From positions 6,339,779 to 6,403,778 of the forward strand of contig MU058198.1 of the NCBI GenBank assembly GCA_013265495.1: a stretch of DNA of 64,000 nt, in the 5' to 3' direction. Positions 25,380 to 38,140 of this stretch are shown here, one piece after another; position 1 is the stretch's first letter, and each line of letters opens with the position of its first letter. The notes under the pieces were generated by a model. It saw only the letters and a program-made list of their open reading frames with translations. It had not been told where the DNA came from and made no database searches. A program made the translations under genes and the position numbers. This stretch comes from Vicugna vicugna. Taxonomy: Eukaryota.

Positions 25380-28300
25380 GAAATCAGTTTCGTGATGTAA
25401 ATGCCAACCACTGGTACCACTTAAGATATTCAAGGAAGAATCTAATAGCAACAAGGTGAAAAGTAAGATGGCTTAAAGAGAATTCACACAACCTACTTAA
25501 GAGTAAACACTTTACCTGGAGACACCTTTCCATACCCAAAGATGAGGAAAATAACCCCAAATAGGGCATTGGGGATAATTCTACAACCTACAAAGAGGAA
25601 CAGAAGTGCACCTTTGAAATGTGCTTATTACAGGAAGCACAAAAGAATTCATGGATGTGTTTGTGTCCCTAAGAAAACATAAACTCTATAACTGAGACTC
25701 AACAGATTGGAGAATAAGACAACAGACTTAGTTGAGAAGAGCCGCCAGGGAGGCAGTCTAGGTGAAAGGAAGGACTTTAAGGAACTAAAGATGCAAAAGT
25801 AGAGTCCAAATACACATCTAAAGCAGTAAAGAGCAGACTCAACCCTACAGAAAACTGAATCAACATTGCAGTGTGTTAGCGACACTGAACTCCAGAAACT
25901 TACACCACTGCCCGATAGGGGTCAGGGACACAAGGAGGCACAGTTCAAGGGGCAAAGAGCATCTTCTTTTATGTCTCTGCTCCTCTGAGCTGGAACTGAA
26001 ACTAGGGCCTCGAGCCTCCTCTGGCTTTGGTGGAACCACCACATTACCCATCCTTACAGGTCCCAACAGAATCAGGCTGGGGTACAGGGAAGATGAAGCA
26101 AGGGGACCACTCAGGCTCAACCAGGGCGCCCTCAGAGCTGTTTGAGCACAGTCTAACTGTTATCACTACAGCAGCACAGCATGATGGATTCAGGGCCTGG
26201 AAACCATTCTCTCGAGCATTCAGAGATATCAAAAGCTAGAGAATAGACGTCCTAAATTATTTTGGAACACAAAAGAATGAGACAGGATTTCCAATTTCCA
26301 GTCCATCATGTAAGATGCTTGAAGTCACCAATCCATCCTAAGAACAAGTTAAAAAGCTGAACAAACTGAAAAATCAACAGCTCTTCTGAGATCCCTAAGA
26401 GAACTGAGGTCACAGGGCAGATAGCTGTCCCCAAAACTGGAGGCTTGCGCAGATTCAGAGAAACACAACATACTGGAGCAGAAACCACCACGGGAACCAG
26501 CACGGATAAGGAATCCTGAATTGTAACTGACGAATCGCTGGTGTAGACAAGTCTGAGATATGAAAAGTCTTGGGAGGACTCGGTTATCAGGGGTCCCCAA
26601 CTTTCGTGATTTTTACCAGGTCCTCACAGTGGGTATCAGAGAAAAATCCCCTCGTGTTCTGGAGGGGAAAGGGAGAAGGAAGGATTCTGAAAGTCATCAG
26701 AGCTTCTTGTTCTTCTCAACAGGTCTGCTCTCAGGACAAACTAGTTAACCAGAGCCTAACCTGCTGGGGTGTTACCAACTCCAGCCATCCTAAGCCACCT
26801 AACAGGATGGGGTACTGAGAAGCACCCGGGCAACTCACAGCCCAGGGGCACACGCTCACTGAGGACTGAACCCTAATCACAGGACCACAGAATGCTGCCC
26901 CTGCCCCTCCACCCAACCACCACGTTACTGCAGGCTATTTACAGCAGTTCCTCTCACCCAGCATATCACATCCGCTATGAAGAAAAAAAATTACAAGGCA
27001 TACTAAAAGGCAAAAAAATGAATAAACAAACAAACAAAAAACAAACCATAGTTTGAAGACACAGAGCAAGCATCAGAACCAGACCTGGAAGTGGCAGGGA
27101 TATGGTAACTGTCAGACCAGGAATTGAAAATAACTAGGATTAATATGCTAAGGGCTCTGATGGATAGAGAAGAGAGTGTGCAAGAATAGATGAGCAAGGT
27201 AAGCAAAGAAATGGAAATTCTAAGGAGGAGCCCCCCCCAAAATGCTAGCAATCAAATACACTGTTTTGAACAGAAATGAAGGCGGCTTTTTGATGGATTT
27301 CATTGGTAGACTGGACATGGCTGAGGAAAGAATCTCTGAGCTAGAGGACATCTTCATAGAAACCTCCAAAACTGAAAAGCAAAGAGAAAAAAAAAAGACT
27401 GAAAAACAACAGAGTATCCAAGTCCTGTGGGACAACTCTAAAAGGTGTAACCTGCACGTAACAGGAATACCAGAAGGAAAAGAAAAAGAGGAAGGAACAG
27501 AAGAAATATCCGAAACAACAATGACAGAGAATTTCCCAAATTAACAACAGACACTAAACCACAGGTCGAGGAAGCTCAGAGAACACCACGCAGGACAAAT
27601 TCCAAAAGAACGAGCTAAAAAGAACACGAAGATTATTGTGCGAGAGCAAATAATAACCAGAGAGGTTAGGCAACAGAAAACAATCCCATGAATAAGAGTT
27701 GTTTCTGAAGAAGAGCCTGGGACAAATGGAATAGGAGAAATAGTTGAAGAAACACAATCAAGCCTTTCTAAGCTGCTCGCAACAGGTACCTGGCCAGTTA
27801 AAAAAGGGATTTATATATTCCGTGATGAAATTCTATTTTGAGGATGAATGGTGGGGGGAATCATATGGGAATTAAGAAAAACAAAACAAGTTGCCTACAA
27901 AGGGAAAAAAAAAAATTAGACTGACTTCAGGATCTCTTCCTCGACACTAGATGCCAGAAAACATGGAGGGATGCCTACAGGATGTCAAGGGGAAAGGTTT
28001 AAACCTGTGGATTCTCACACACATACACACAATTGAAAGTTCCACCAGGGCGGAACCTACTCCTACGGCCTCATCTCCATTGCATCCCAGCATCTGCCAT
28101 GGGATCCAGTGCACAGCTGGCGGCCGGAGCACTCACCATCGTATCTAGTATTCAAAGCCAATCAAGATATGAATAAAAGTGAGGGGGAAATGAACTAAAG
28201 AGACTTGCAGTTCGTACTCAAACTGGTTAAACAAGGTATCCGGTTGCAATTGTTATTACAAACATGAGTGAAAAACAGGATTCAAGAGCAAGTAATCTCA

Positions 28301-29930
28301 TTCCACCAGGAAAGATGCACTCTATCTGATATAGCTTTTCAGAGTTATTAGAGAAATAGAAATCCAAGTTTTAAAAACAGAATTGCCAACAGTGAATACA
28401 CTTTTTAAATCATTAGTAAAGAAAAAAGAAACAAAACCTAATCCATGTACCAAAAGATAAAAGCAAAGGAAATGTTGAAAGAAAAAAGGATTGAAGCGTT
28501 TCACAAAAGGAGAGACAGGAGATCAAATGTATTTATTATAGAAATAAACGTCCTTTGGTTAAGACCTCCTCCCCAGTTATACCCAAAGACAGACTCTAAC
28601 TATGCTGCACCTAAAAGAAAGACATGAAAAGGTTAAAATAAAAAGGCTAGAAAGAGATATATCAAGAGGACACAAAGAAAACAAAGCTGGCATGGCAATA
28701 TTAAAATAAGAAAAAAATGGAATCCAAAGCAAAAAGCATTCACTGGGGGAAAACAATCTTTTTATCTTGACAAAAGATAAAATCCACAATTCCACAATGA
28801 AAACGTAACTGTCACGAATCTTTTTGTGATGAATAACAAAGAATCAAACTTTATAAAAACAAAAACTACTCGAAACACAAGTAAAAATGGAAAGAATTCT
28901 ATTGAAGAGAAAGACTCTGACCTACCCCATCCAGCTTCTGACAGACCAAAACAGCAAAAAGAAATAAATAACAAAATCATCCTTGAAATTCTAAATTCTA
29001 TAAAGCTGTTTTACCTTACTCACAGGGGAATTACCTGCTTTTTCAAAGAAAACAGTTACCCAAAAAAAGTATGAAGCAGAATTTCAGAGATACCTCCTAT
29101 ACCATTCAGTAAAACTGGAAAGTAATGATAAAAATTTAAGCAATAAAATCAATACCAGGAAATATTTAATGCTCCACTAAGTTATTCTTGGGTTAATGAA
29201 GAAACAAAACTGAAAGTTCCGAACTGTCAGACACAAAATTATAACGTCAGAATTTTTAGAAAATCATTTCGAAAAAAGCACTGCATTTTAAAACTCACAA
29301 GATATGACCAAAGAGATGTTCATAAGCAAACTTATAGCATTAAATGCATTATTTTTTTTCACTATGGAAACAAAGTTTTCAACTCAAATCCTTGAAAACT
29401 CTAACAAAACAAACCTCAGAAAAGTAATCCAAAAGAAATTAACAATGCATTAGGAAATTTGAACAAACAGAATTTATAAATGTAAGAGTACTGATTCTTT
29501 TTTTAAAAAAGATTGGGGAGGGCAATAAAACAGCCTCGCTGGCAAGACCTGAACCAAAATCAAGGGAGGATTCTGGAACAAATTATCAGAGCCTCCAACC
29601 TGAGGATGTGACACTTCAGGACAGATCCCAGGCAAAGATTTCAAGCCAGTCTGCTCTTTCTGGAGGGTCTGAAGAGCAATTTTCACCAGGTCCATATCAC
29701 TCTCAGCAGATCTGAGCAAGATAAGTCAAAAGAAAGAAGAAAAAAAAAATACACAGGGCTAGGAGTGCAAACAAGAAACTAATCAAAGAGAGACTTTTTC
29801 TTTTAATCATAAGAAAATACTTTGCCAAATTTTGTGCAAATAAGTTAGAATCTCTTGATGAGTAAATTATTTTCTCAGAAGACACAAGTCACTAAGAATT
29901 GACTCAAGAGTAGAAAAACGGGGAAGGGAC
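25380..29930 (+). mobile_element. Older, heavily decayed L1 (L1ME/HAL1-like) with ORF1 and ORF2 endonuclease remnants, hosting the 26282-27602 insertion
   Basis: A-rich strand bias. ORF1-like segment at 27620-27970 (aaaattagactgacttcag...). ORF2-like segments 'aaagctggcatggcaatattaaaataag', 'ttatagcattaaatgc', 'aatactttgccaaattttgtgcaaataagttagaa'. Confidence 0.7.
26282..27602 (+). mobile_element. L1 (L1MC/L1M4-type) 5' UTR plus 5' part of ORF1, 3'-truncated
   Basis: ORF 27242-27544 (RLDMAEERISELED...LWDNSKRCNLHVTGIPEG...ENFPN) is the L1 ORF1p coiled-coil/RRM junction. Flanked by caaaagaatgag / caaaagaacgag. Confidence 0.88.
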
Positions 29931-30528
29931 CCACCACCAAGGATGAACTGACTTATTCTGCCTAGAAAGCTCCGCCCACCCCAGCACTCTGCATGACCAC
30001 CTCATCTTGGTCCTTCAGCTCTCAGTTCAAATGTCACCCCTTCAAAGAAGTTTCCCTGACACCCTAGCAAGAACGCCACCCTCACATGCTACTTTGTGAC
30101 CCTGCTTCACAGCACTTAGATCTACAATGATTGGTAATATATGAAGCTACTGATTTATTTTCTTTCTTGACGAGCAGGAACTTCATTCATCAAGTTCACC
30201 AAGTATTCCTGGTATGGAGGAGGGGACCCAGCACAGAGTAGGTGCTCGATGAATGTGTCTGAATGAATGAATTACTGGAGACCAAAGAAGGCAAGAGGAC
30301 AGCTTCCAGGAAATCCTTCCAAACAACCTCTTATTACAAAGGAGGACAAATATTTCAAGATGGAAATAACTATCGTGGAAAATACTTCAAGGGTCAGAAC
30401 AACTTGGCCAGCAGGTGAGGGTTCACATACAAGAAGATGACCATGGTCTCAAAATTCTACTCCATCACCATTAGAAGCTTGAGAACTCCTCTCCCTCCAA
30501 AAAAAAGAAAAAATAAAGAACACGTGGA

Positions 30529-30617
30529 GGGGTGGGTATAGCTCAGTGGTAGAGCGTGAGTTTAGCATGCATGGGGTCCTGGGTTCAATGCCTAGTATCT
30601 CCATTTAAAAAAAAAAA
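30529..30617 (+). mobile_element. tRNA-derived SINE (camelid Vic-type)
   Basis: A/B boxes and poly(A). TSD aaagaacacgtgga (30515-30528) / aaagaacacatgtgga (30618-30633). Confidence 0.9.
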
Positions 30618-33259
30618 AAAGAACACATGTGGAAGCAGTGACTGGCCTGTTAGCCTTCACCCCCTCAGGCGATACACCTGTTTCCCTGACCCCTGAGTCC
30701 CCAGGTCATTCTGCCCTAAGGTGCTGCATATGCCATGATGAGTGATAAACCCATTCTCTCTGTCCATCCCCTCCAGAACATAAGCTCCGTGAAGACAAGG
30801 TCTTTGTTTTGCCCACTACTGAATCCACAGTGGCCTCCGTGGGACTTGGTAAATGTGGGTTAAATTACAAACATATAAACAACCTCTTACTGTCTCTCTT
30901 CCTGCTCTAAAATGTAAGCTCCATGAGATTAAAAGACATGAGATTTCATGTCTTGCTTCCTGCCTAGACAAAACCTGGCACATAGAAGGCATTCAAGAAC
31001 AGGAATGAAAGAATGAGAATTTGAAGTTTTCCAACTTCCTACTCGTCCTGTGAAATGTGGCTTTGGGGAGGCTGGGGGTGGCCATTTTCTAAGTAACAGT
31101 TCTTCTGACAGAGCAAAAGTCATGAAACTAGAGGTCAAAGCCCTGTGGATCTCCAAGGAGTAATTGAGGACCAGCAACTAGAAGCCAGGGCTGAGGGGAA
31201 GCAGTCTGGGTCCCAGCACCGGTTCTGCTAGTGATGGGGGTGGTTTACAAGAGGTCTGTTCCCCTGCAGAGACCTGAGTGTCCCTGTCCACAAAACAGAG
31301 TTGATGCAGATAATGGTTCTCAAAGTATGGGTTGTACATCCCTGGGGCATTGAGGTAGATCCAGCAATTGATAGAATGTCATGGGGGTCATGGGGGAAAA
31401 GTGTTATGGGAAAAAAATTAAGCTGATTGGTGAAAGAGTATGGGCTGGAGTCGGGGGGGTGTTTTTCAATTTAAATAGGGTCATCATAAAGACCTCGCAC
31501 AAAAGTAGACATTTTATTAAAGTGAAGGGATGGAAATCTGGAAGAAGAGTGTTCAGGCTGAGGGAACTGCAAGTGCAAAAGTCCTGAGGCAGGAATATGC
31601 TGGGATATTTGTGCAAAAGCCCAGCAGATAGTGAGGATGCAACAGAGGAAGCAAGGAAGTGTGTAGTGGGAGCTGAGGCAGAGGGACAGTAGGGACAAGT
31701 TATGTCTTGCAGCCATGGGGAGATGAGCTGGCAAGCCACTGGAGGGTTTGAGCACAGGAATGCTGTCTCATGTGTAGTAGGGTCCCTCAGCACACTGTAG
31801 GGACAAGTGAGGCAGGAAGACGAGGGAAAGGGATGCTAGAGTCATCCAGGCAAGAGATGGAGCTAGCTCAGACTAGGGCAGCAGGGGAGAGAGGGAGAAA
31901 TGGTTGGACTCTGGGTGTATTTTTTAAAAGGAGGCAACAGAATTTGCTGATGGATTGAATGGTGTACGTGCGTGTGTGTGAAAGAGAGAAAGAGGAGAGA
32001 GGAGTTAAAGAGGACTCCAGGGTTTTCCCCGGGAAATGAGAGAAATGGTGTTGTCCTTTATCGTTCGTTGAGACGGAGCCGAGAGGAGCAGGCTAAGGAT
32101 GTGGTGGCCATTCATGCTGTCAGCAGTCTTCCGAGTCCTCCGCTTTCCACGCACCTGTTAGGACTGCAACGTTCTAGCCCCCGAGGAGGTTGGCTATGAT
32201 CATGTGATTTTCTTCAGCTGATGAAATGCAAACCAAACAGCATGTACCACTTTGGGGCAGAAACTCATCCCCCTTTCCTGCTTCTACAGCCATGGAGCCC
32301 AGAGACAGAGCCCCTTTTACCTGGGTCCCCAATCAGGACAGCATGGAACAGAGCCCCCAGGGTTGTTTGAACCCTCCCAGATTTGCAGATGGTCATAGCA
32401 GTGTGATGCCAGTGAGGACGGAAGAGCAGGTGGTGGGTCTGAGACTTGTTCATTTGAGATGCTGGTTAGACCTCAGAGCAGAGGTATCAGCTGAGACTTG
32501 TGTCCACCCCTCTCCCCAGCTGTGTCTGGGGAGGGTCTCCTTCCCTCTCCACCTCCTCCAGGACCACCCTGATTTCTCGCAAGGTGGGGTTCAGCAGAGA
32601 GGGGTGGCAGGAGACAAAGTGGGCAGCCAAGAGCATGGGAGGAATACACAGCACTTCTTCCAGAACTGGACCCTCGGATAGAGAAAGCAGTGGCCTGGAG
32701 AGAAGCGGGGACAGACAGACAGACAAGGACAGAGGGGAGTGGAAGCCACAAGTGTGTCCCGGAGGCGACCAGGGCACAGCTCCAGTTGACTGGTGGAGAA
32801 GCTGCCTCCCACCTACTGAGTTTACTTGGGCTGTGAATGACCAATAAAAATACTATAGCTTTGCGAAGATGTTTTTGTGATTCTCTTCTCACTCTACACG
32901 AGTCATTCTCGTTATTATTATTGACTTGGGACAGTTTGGAGAGGGACTGGACAGCTGCGATGAGCAGAAGGCCCGCAGCACCAGAACACCAGGCCCGCCC
33001 ACGGCCACGCGCCCGGGAGGCACGGAGGGGAGGGGTGGGGCCTGGCCCGGCTGCCCCGCCTTCCCCACCAGCCCCGCCCCCAGAGCCGCGCCCAGGCCCC
33101 GAAGAGCCCACCCCTGGGCGGAGCTGCGTCCTCTCGCCTGGACTCAGCCTTCCTGGAAAAGAGCAGTGAGAAGGGGCCATATGTGCTCCTTCCCGCCTCC
33201 CCTGGGCTATTTCAGGCTCCCCTCACTTGCCTCTCCTTCCAGCTCCTCAGGCCTGCTCT

Positions 33260-33261
<2 letters not shown>

Positions 33262-33309
<48 letters not shown>
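33262..33309 (+). repeat. (TG)24 microsatellite followed by CGCGC
   Basis: Direct reading. Confidence 0.95.
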
Positions 33310-33314
<5 letters not shown>

Positions 33315-34659
33315 TGTCACCCACTCCCTGGGAGGATGGGACCCCGGACAAGGCCCCCACAGCCACTGCCCCTCCCCCAGGCCCCAGCTCTGCTTTCAGA
33401 AGCTGGAGCACAGACAGCCCCGCTGGTCTCCACCAGCAGGGACAGGCAGGGACAGGGGCAGCCCCTGGGAGAGGACCCTGTGGCTGACTTACCCAAAAGC
33501 AATGAGGAGGCAGCCTGAGCTTGGGCAACGTGAGGCCAGGTCACCTCTCACACCTTGCTGACATCACCACCTAGCTAGAATCCGAAGAAATAGCTCAGGG
33601 CTGCTGTGTTCACATTTTGACAGCGATTCTGGCCTCCCAGTTAGAGTAGATAGAAAGCAAGCAGGAATCACAGGAAGGAGCGGGTCCAAGAGGTTAGGTC
33701 TATTACCCCACTTGTCAGATGAGGAAACTGAGAACCACGTTTCCTCTGAAAACTCAGAAAGGGAAAAACTCCTGTTTGCTCTGTTCTAAACCACTGTCCC
33801 CATCAGTGTCCCTATCCAGACCACATCTTCCCTGGGACCCTGAGAGCCTGCCCAGGCCTCCTCTCGGCTCTGACCAGGACCTGGGGAGTCCTGGAGCCCC
33901 GGGCTCCACCCTCTGGAACAGGACTTGAGGGGCCATGGGATGCTCCCCATTGGCCTTCGCACTGGACTGGCTGATCTTGCCTGTCTCCTTCTATCTCCTA
34001 CACACACACACACACAACCTGGCCCTCCTGGCAGCCCTCAATGCTTGTGTTTTGAGCATTTCCAAGGTAACGTGCACATTCCGTGGAAAGACATGCCTCC
34101 TGGGACGTTGAGATCCTGGGTATCACCTCATCCAAAGGGATTCTGCCACCTCCTAAGGACCACTGATGCCACGTTCTGTTGCCGGGACCACCACGTTGAG
34201 AAGGTGAACAGTCTCTGGCCTGCTCTGAGGTGCTCACTGAGAGGTACAAATCATAAACATGCATGGAAATTAAAAAAAAAAAAAAGGCCATTTCAGTGAG
34301 TGGTGCCTGCCATGAAAAAAGAACCCTGGCAGGAGACAGCAGCGAGGGGAGGAGATTGGGGAGGGTCTGCAGACGTGACAGCTGAGACAAGTTCCTCACA
34401 TTTAGAGGAAAGGAACCTGGGCGAGGGACCAGTAAGAGCAAACGCCCTGAGGTGGGGAACAAGTGCTCCGTGTGGCCAGAAGTGCAGGGAGGCCCTTGAC
34501 ATGGAGCAGGGAGTGGAAGGCAGTCCCAGGATCAGGGAGAGCAGGAGGCAGAGGAGGGTTGGCGACCAGGGCCAGCTCTGCCCCACACACTGCAGAAGCT
34601 GCTGCCTCCTTCCCAGATGCAGAGAGGCCTGGACGGGAACCTCAGTGCCCATGCCTGCT

Positions 34660-34812
34660 GGGCTTCAGAAAACTCTGGGGAGCTGGTTAGGAATACAGAC
34701 CCCTGGGCCTCACTCCAGACCGACCCAGCAGAAGGTCCCAGGGCAAGACCATGGGAATGTGTCTTTTAACAAGTTCTCTAGGTGATTCTGGGGCATAGCC
34801 AAGTTTGGAAAA
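34660..34812. mobile_element. MER5A DNA transposon
   Basis: ggggagctggttaggaatacagacccctgggcc...ttttaacaagttctctaggtgattct...ccaagtttggaaaac. Confidence 0.75.
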
Positions 34813-35164
34813 CATCAGCTGATTCTGAAACATCAGATGGATGCTGTGGTCCTCAGTGTGGGCCTCAGGATCGTAGGCCAAATTGTGAGTTTCAGGAGAT
34901 GCATTTCTCCAGATGGAGGCCCAGGGTTTCATCCCAGCATCAGGGCGCCCCGTAGCACCACACAGTTAAGAACCTCTGACTCAAGCACAGCTGCAGTGTC
35001 TTGGCTAAAAGGAATCAGGCCAGGGATGGAGGGCATGGCCACAAACTCCTTCAGTTCCCAGATGCATCCCTGCTGTGTAAGTAGGGGACATCTGTTGTTC
35101 TTACCTGACCAGTACCTACTGCACCTCTTACTGGGACCAGTCCGTGATTTGGAGGAATCTCTGT

Positions 35165-35605
35165 GATACAGTGATTGCTTTAATGGCCCCAATTCTCCAC
35201 TCCTCTGGTACCCATGCCCTTGGCCATGATAACTCTGTGGTACTCCCAGACCGTGACTCCGGGCTCAGCTACATGATTGGCTTTGGCCAATGGGGATGTA
35301 AGCAAAGGTGACAGAAGCAGAGGCTTGAAAAGCACCTGCACAATTTGGCTTGCTCTGGCTCTCACACCCCTGACACCACATGAGAACATGCCCAGGCCAA
35401 CTTGCTGGAGAATAAGAGGTATGTGGCCCAGCTGCCTCCATCACTCCAGCTGACAGCCAGCGACCACCACACATGTGGGTTACCTAACATTTAGTCCCCA
35501 CCTAAACACTGACCCACAGACTCATGAGCTGGGTAGACATTACAGTTGTCAGCCCCTGAGGTTTTGCTGTTACACAGCAACACTGTGGCAAGAGCTGACT
35601 GATAG
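35165..35605 (+). mobile_element. MLT1G/H-like MaLR LTR (similar copy ~53340-53825)
   Basis: ctcagctacatgattggctttggccaatggg...gaggcttgaaaagcacctgcac...ttgctgttacacagcaa. Confidence 0.7.
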
Positions 35606-36309
35606 ACCCCTCTTCCACTCTCAGGTCTGTGAGGGAGGGGGAGGCCTGTCCTCATCTCCTGTAGCCAATCAACACAATCTACCCCTCTGGACACACCCAT
35701 CAGTTTAGGGGTGGGGACAGAGCCCAGGTTGGTCCAATAAGACCCAGCCCTGGGACTTTTGTTCGGAACCTTGGGGAGGAGGATCTCTTTTTCCCCTGAA
35801 GGTACTGGAAGGACAGGAGGTAAGTTCAAAGCTTTCAGGGACTGCCAGAGGGGGAGAGTCCACTAGAGAACTGAAGTTAACCCAGAGGAAGGCAGCAACG
35901 AGGGCTGGAAAGAGAAATTTCCAACAACACAGTGATCCAGCCATGCCACAACCCCGCACTTTTCTTGGGGGACTTTCTACCAAGAATGACCATAAATTCC
36001 TTTTTTCTATTTAAGCCCACATCAGGTAAGTTTGTCTCATTTGCAGTGAGTCCTAGATAACAGGGCCGACTCATTTGGGATGTCTGCCGGAGCCCCCATC
36101 CATTCCCCTGGCTTGAAGCTCTGCTCCCTTCTAGCCACAGGATGGGGTTGTGTAATCCTACACCCCCACTCCTGGAACAGAGCAGACTGGACCAGCCATG
36201 GCCACAGGCACCACGACATCCAATCAGATTCTCTCTCAAGACCGTGAACCAATAGCCGTGGAAACGGGGTTAGGACTCCACCCATGTGAGCAGCACAAGT
36301 CTGGCCAAG

Positions 36310-36830
36310 AAGCTGCAAATTGGCAGGCTAAAGTCTGCCCGTCCCTCCTAAGTGTTAGCTTTTGGCCCGAAGAGTGGGTTTCTTATTTTTAATTGAATTA
36401 GTTGCCAAATTTCAACCATCAAGAGATTTCATATAAAAACCTGAAGTATATTATGCTGTACACCAGAAATTGACACACTGTAAACTGACTATATTTCACT
36501 TAAAAAAAATTAATAATGAAGGTTCTTGCCTGGGTGGATGGTGATTCTGTTAACTGAGATGGGAAAGACTAGGAAGGGACAGGTTGCGGCAAATGTAAAA
36601 ACACTTTTAATAAATCAAAAGCATTATTAAAAGAACCTGGAGTATTGACAAAATGGACAACTTGGCCCCACGTGGGCCCCCCCACCACCAATGACAAAGG
36701 TCATCTGGAGCTGAACAGCAAGCAGCCGCCCCTTTAGACCAAGCAGATGCTCTCCGTTCCCCACAGTCCCTTCACTCCCTGTATGTCACTCTCATAAGTT
36801 TCCAATCTGTCCACTGTAGGATTTTAGTTG
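36310..36830 (+). mobile_element. MER102-like DNA transposon (other copies at ~38170-38345 minus, ~48280-48500, ~57720-58120)
   Basis: gttgccaaatttcaaccatcaagagatttcatataaaaacc...ctggagctgaacagc...cccctttaga...ccacagtcccttcactccct. The motif recurs at the other positions. Confidence 0.65.
36450..36630 (+). mobile_element. 5'-truncated cetartiodactyl L1 3' end with 3'-transduced flank, inside a MER102
   Basis: ttatgctgtacaccagaaattgacacactgtaaactgactata...A8, then ~120 bp of non-L1 sequence containing AATAAA. TSD aaaaacctgaagtat / aagaacctggagtat. Confidence 0.75.
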
Positions 36831-37299
36831 GTGGCTCTAGAACCGAGGGAGAATCCATCAGCTCTGGCCTCCAGAAGCCCAGTTGGCTCTGACTCTGACC
36901 TCTGAGGCCTGATGATTCCACCTTTGCCTAGATTCTGCAGGCAACAGCATCTTTCTGAAAAACTCCCCTTTATCCTTAAGTCGGCTTGGATCCGCTTCTG
37001 TTTCTTGGGACCAAAAGAGCTTAACCACCACAGACAGTCCCATAGGCAGCACGGAGGCCTGAGGTCATGGTGTCCCCACAAGAGGGTTCTGAGTCTGTTA
37101 CCCCAGGATTTAAACAGGGACAGTGACCACCGTGAACCCCCTCAGCTCCTCATAGCATCCCACTGAACACCTCTTCTCCAGAGCAGAACAGGGGAGAGAA
37201 GAGGGAAGAAAGAACATCTGACAAGTCCACGGGAACAATGGGCACAGAGCCAGGGACTCCTGCTGCACACACATCTTGAGAAGTTTCTAGAAGCTCAAA

Positions 37300-38140
37300 T
37301 GCATTTAACACATATTCACCAAACTCTTAGTAAGTGCCAGCTCATCTAGGTTCCAGATTATGGCATTACATGAAATGGATCAATTCCTGCCCCTGTGGAG
37401 CTAGCACCCAAGCAGGGGAGAGAGATAACAAAAAAGACAAATGAGTGTGATATGTAGTGGGTAAGACAGTGATTAGAGTGATGGGGGAAAAAGGTGGGAG
37501 GGGACAGAGCTTGGAGGTGGTGAGGTCACTGACATAGACAGTGGTCTGGGAAGACCTCACTGAGAAGAGGATTGAGCAGAGACCTGCCTGAAAAGGGAGG
37601 GAGCCTGGAAGACATCTGGGAGAAGAGTCCCCAGATAGAAAGAACAGCCCTGAGGCATTTGGCCTGCTCAAGGACCAGCAAGAAGGCTGGTACAGCTGGG
37701 TCAGAGCAACTACAGGGAGAGATGGTCAGAGAGGCAATGGGGACAAATTTCAAAGGACCCACAGGCTTGGAAGATGTTTGGCTGTGACTGAGTGAGATGA
37801 AATACACAGGAGGGCCCTGAGCAGAGAAGGGGAGTGATCTGACTGAGATGTAACAGGGTTCCTCTGGCTGTTGGGTAGAGAACAGACGGTGGGAGCCAAG
37901 GGCAGGAGCAGACAGTCTAGCAAGGGGCTACTGTCCTAGTCCACAGGAGAGATGCCAGAGTCCCGGCCAGGGCAGACCTGGGAGGACATGGTTGGATTCT
38001 GGGACTGGATTCTGAATGTAGAGCTGGCAGGATTCGCCCATGGATGAGAAGTGGGATGGGAGAGCAAGAGGCACCGAGGAGGACCCCAAGACTTGGGGCC
38101 CGAGCACTTGGAAGGCAGCAGGTCATCTCAGTAGTGAGAA
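37300..38140 (-). mobile_element. L2 LINE fragment (others ~19000-19770, ~29950-30270, ~31380-32070, ~39430-40030, ~46380-47030, ~61150-61530)
   Basis: gagcagagacctg...acagccctgaggc...gctgtgactgagtgagatg...gagcagagaaggggagtgatctgact...ttggattctgg, a typical L2 3' region. Confidence 0.75.

Noticed and set aside
27242..27544. 100 aa ORF with real protein character
   Set aside because: L1 ORF1p remnant, not a host gene.
32473..33561. 235 aa (minus) and 211 aa (plus) ORFs
   Set aside because: They run through a GC patch and a TG microsatellite; no recognisable domain.
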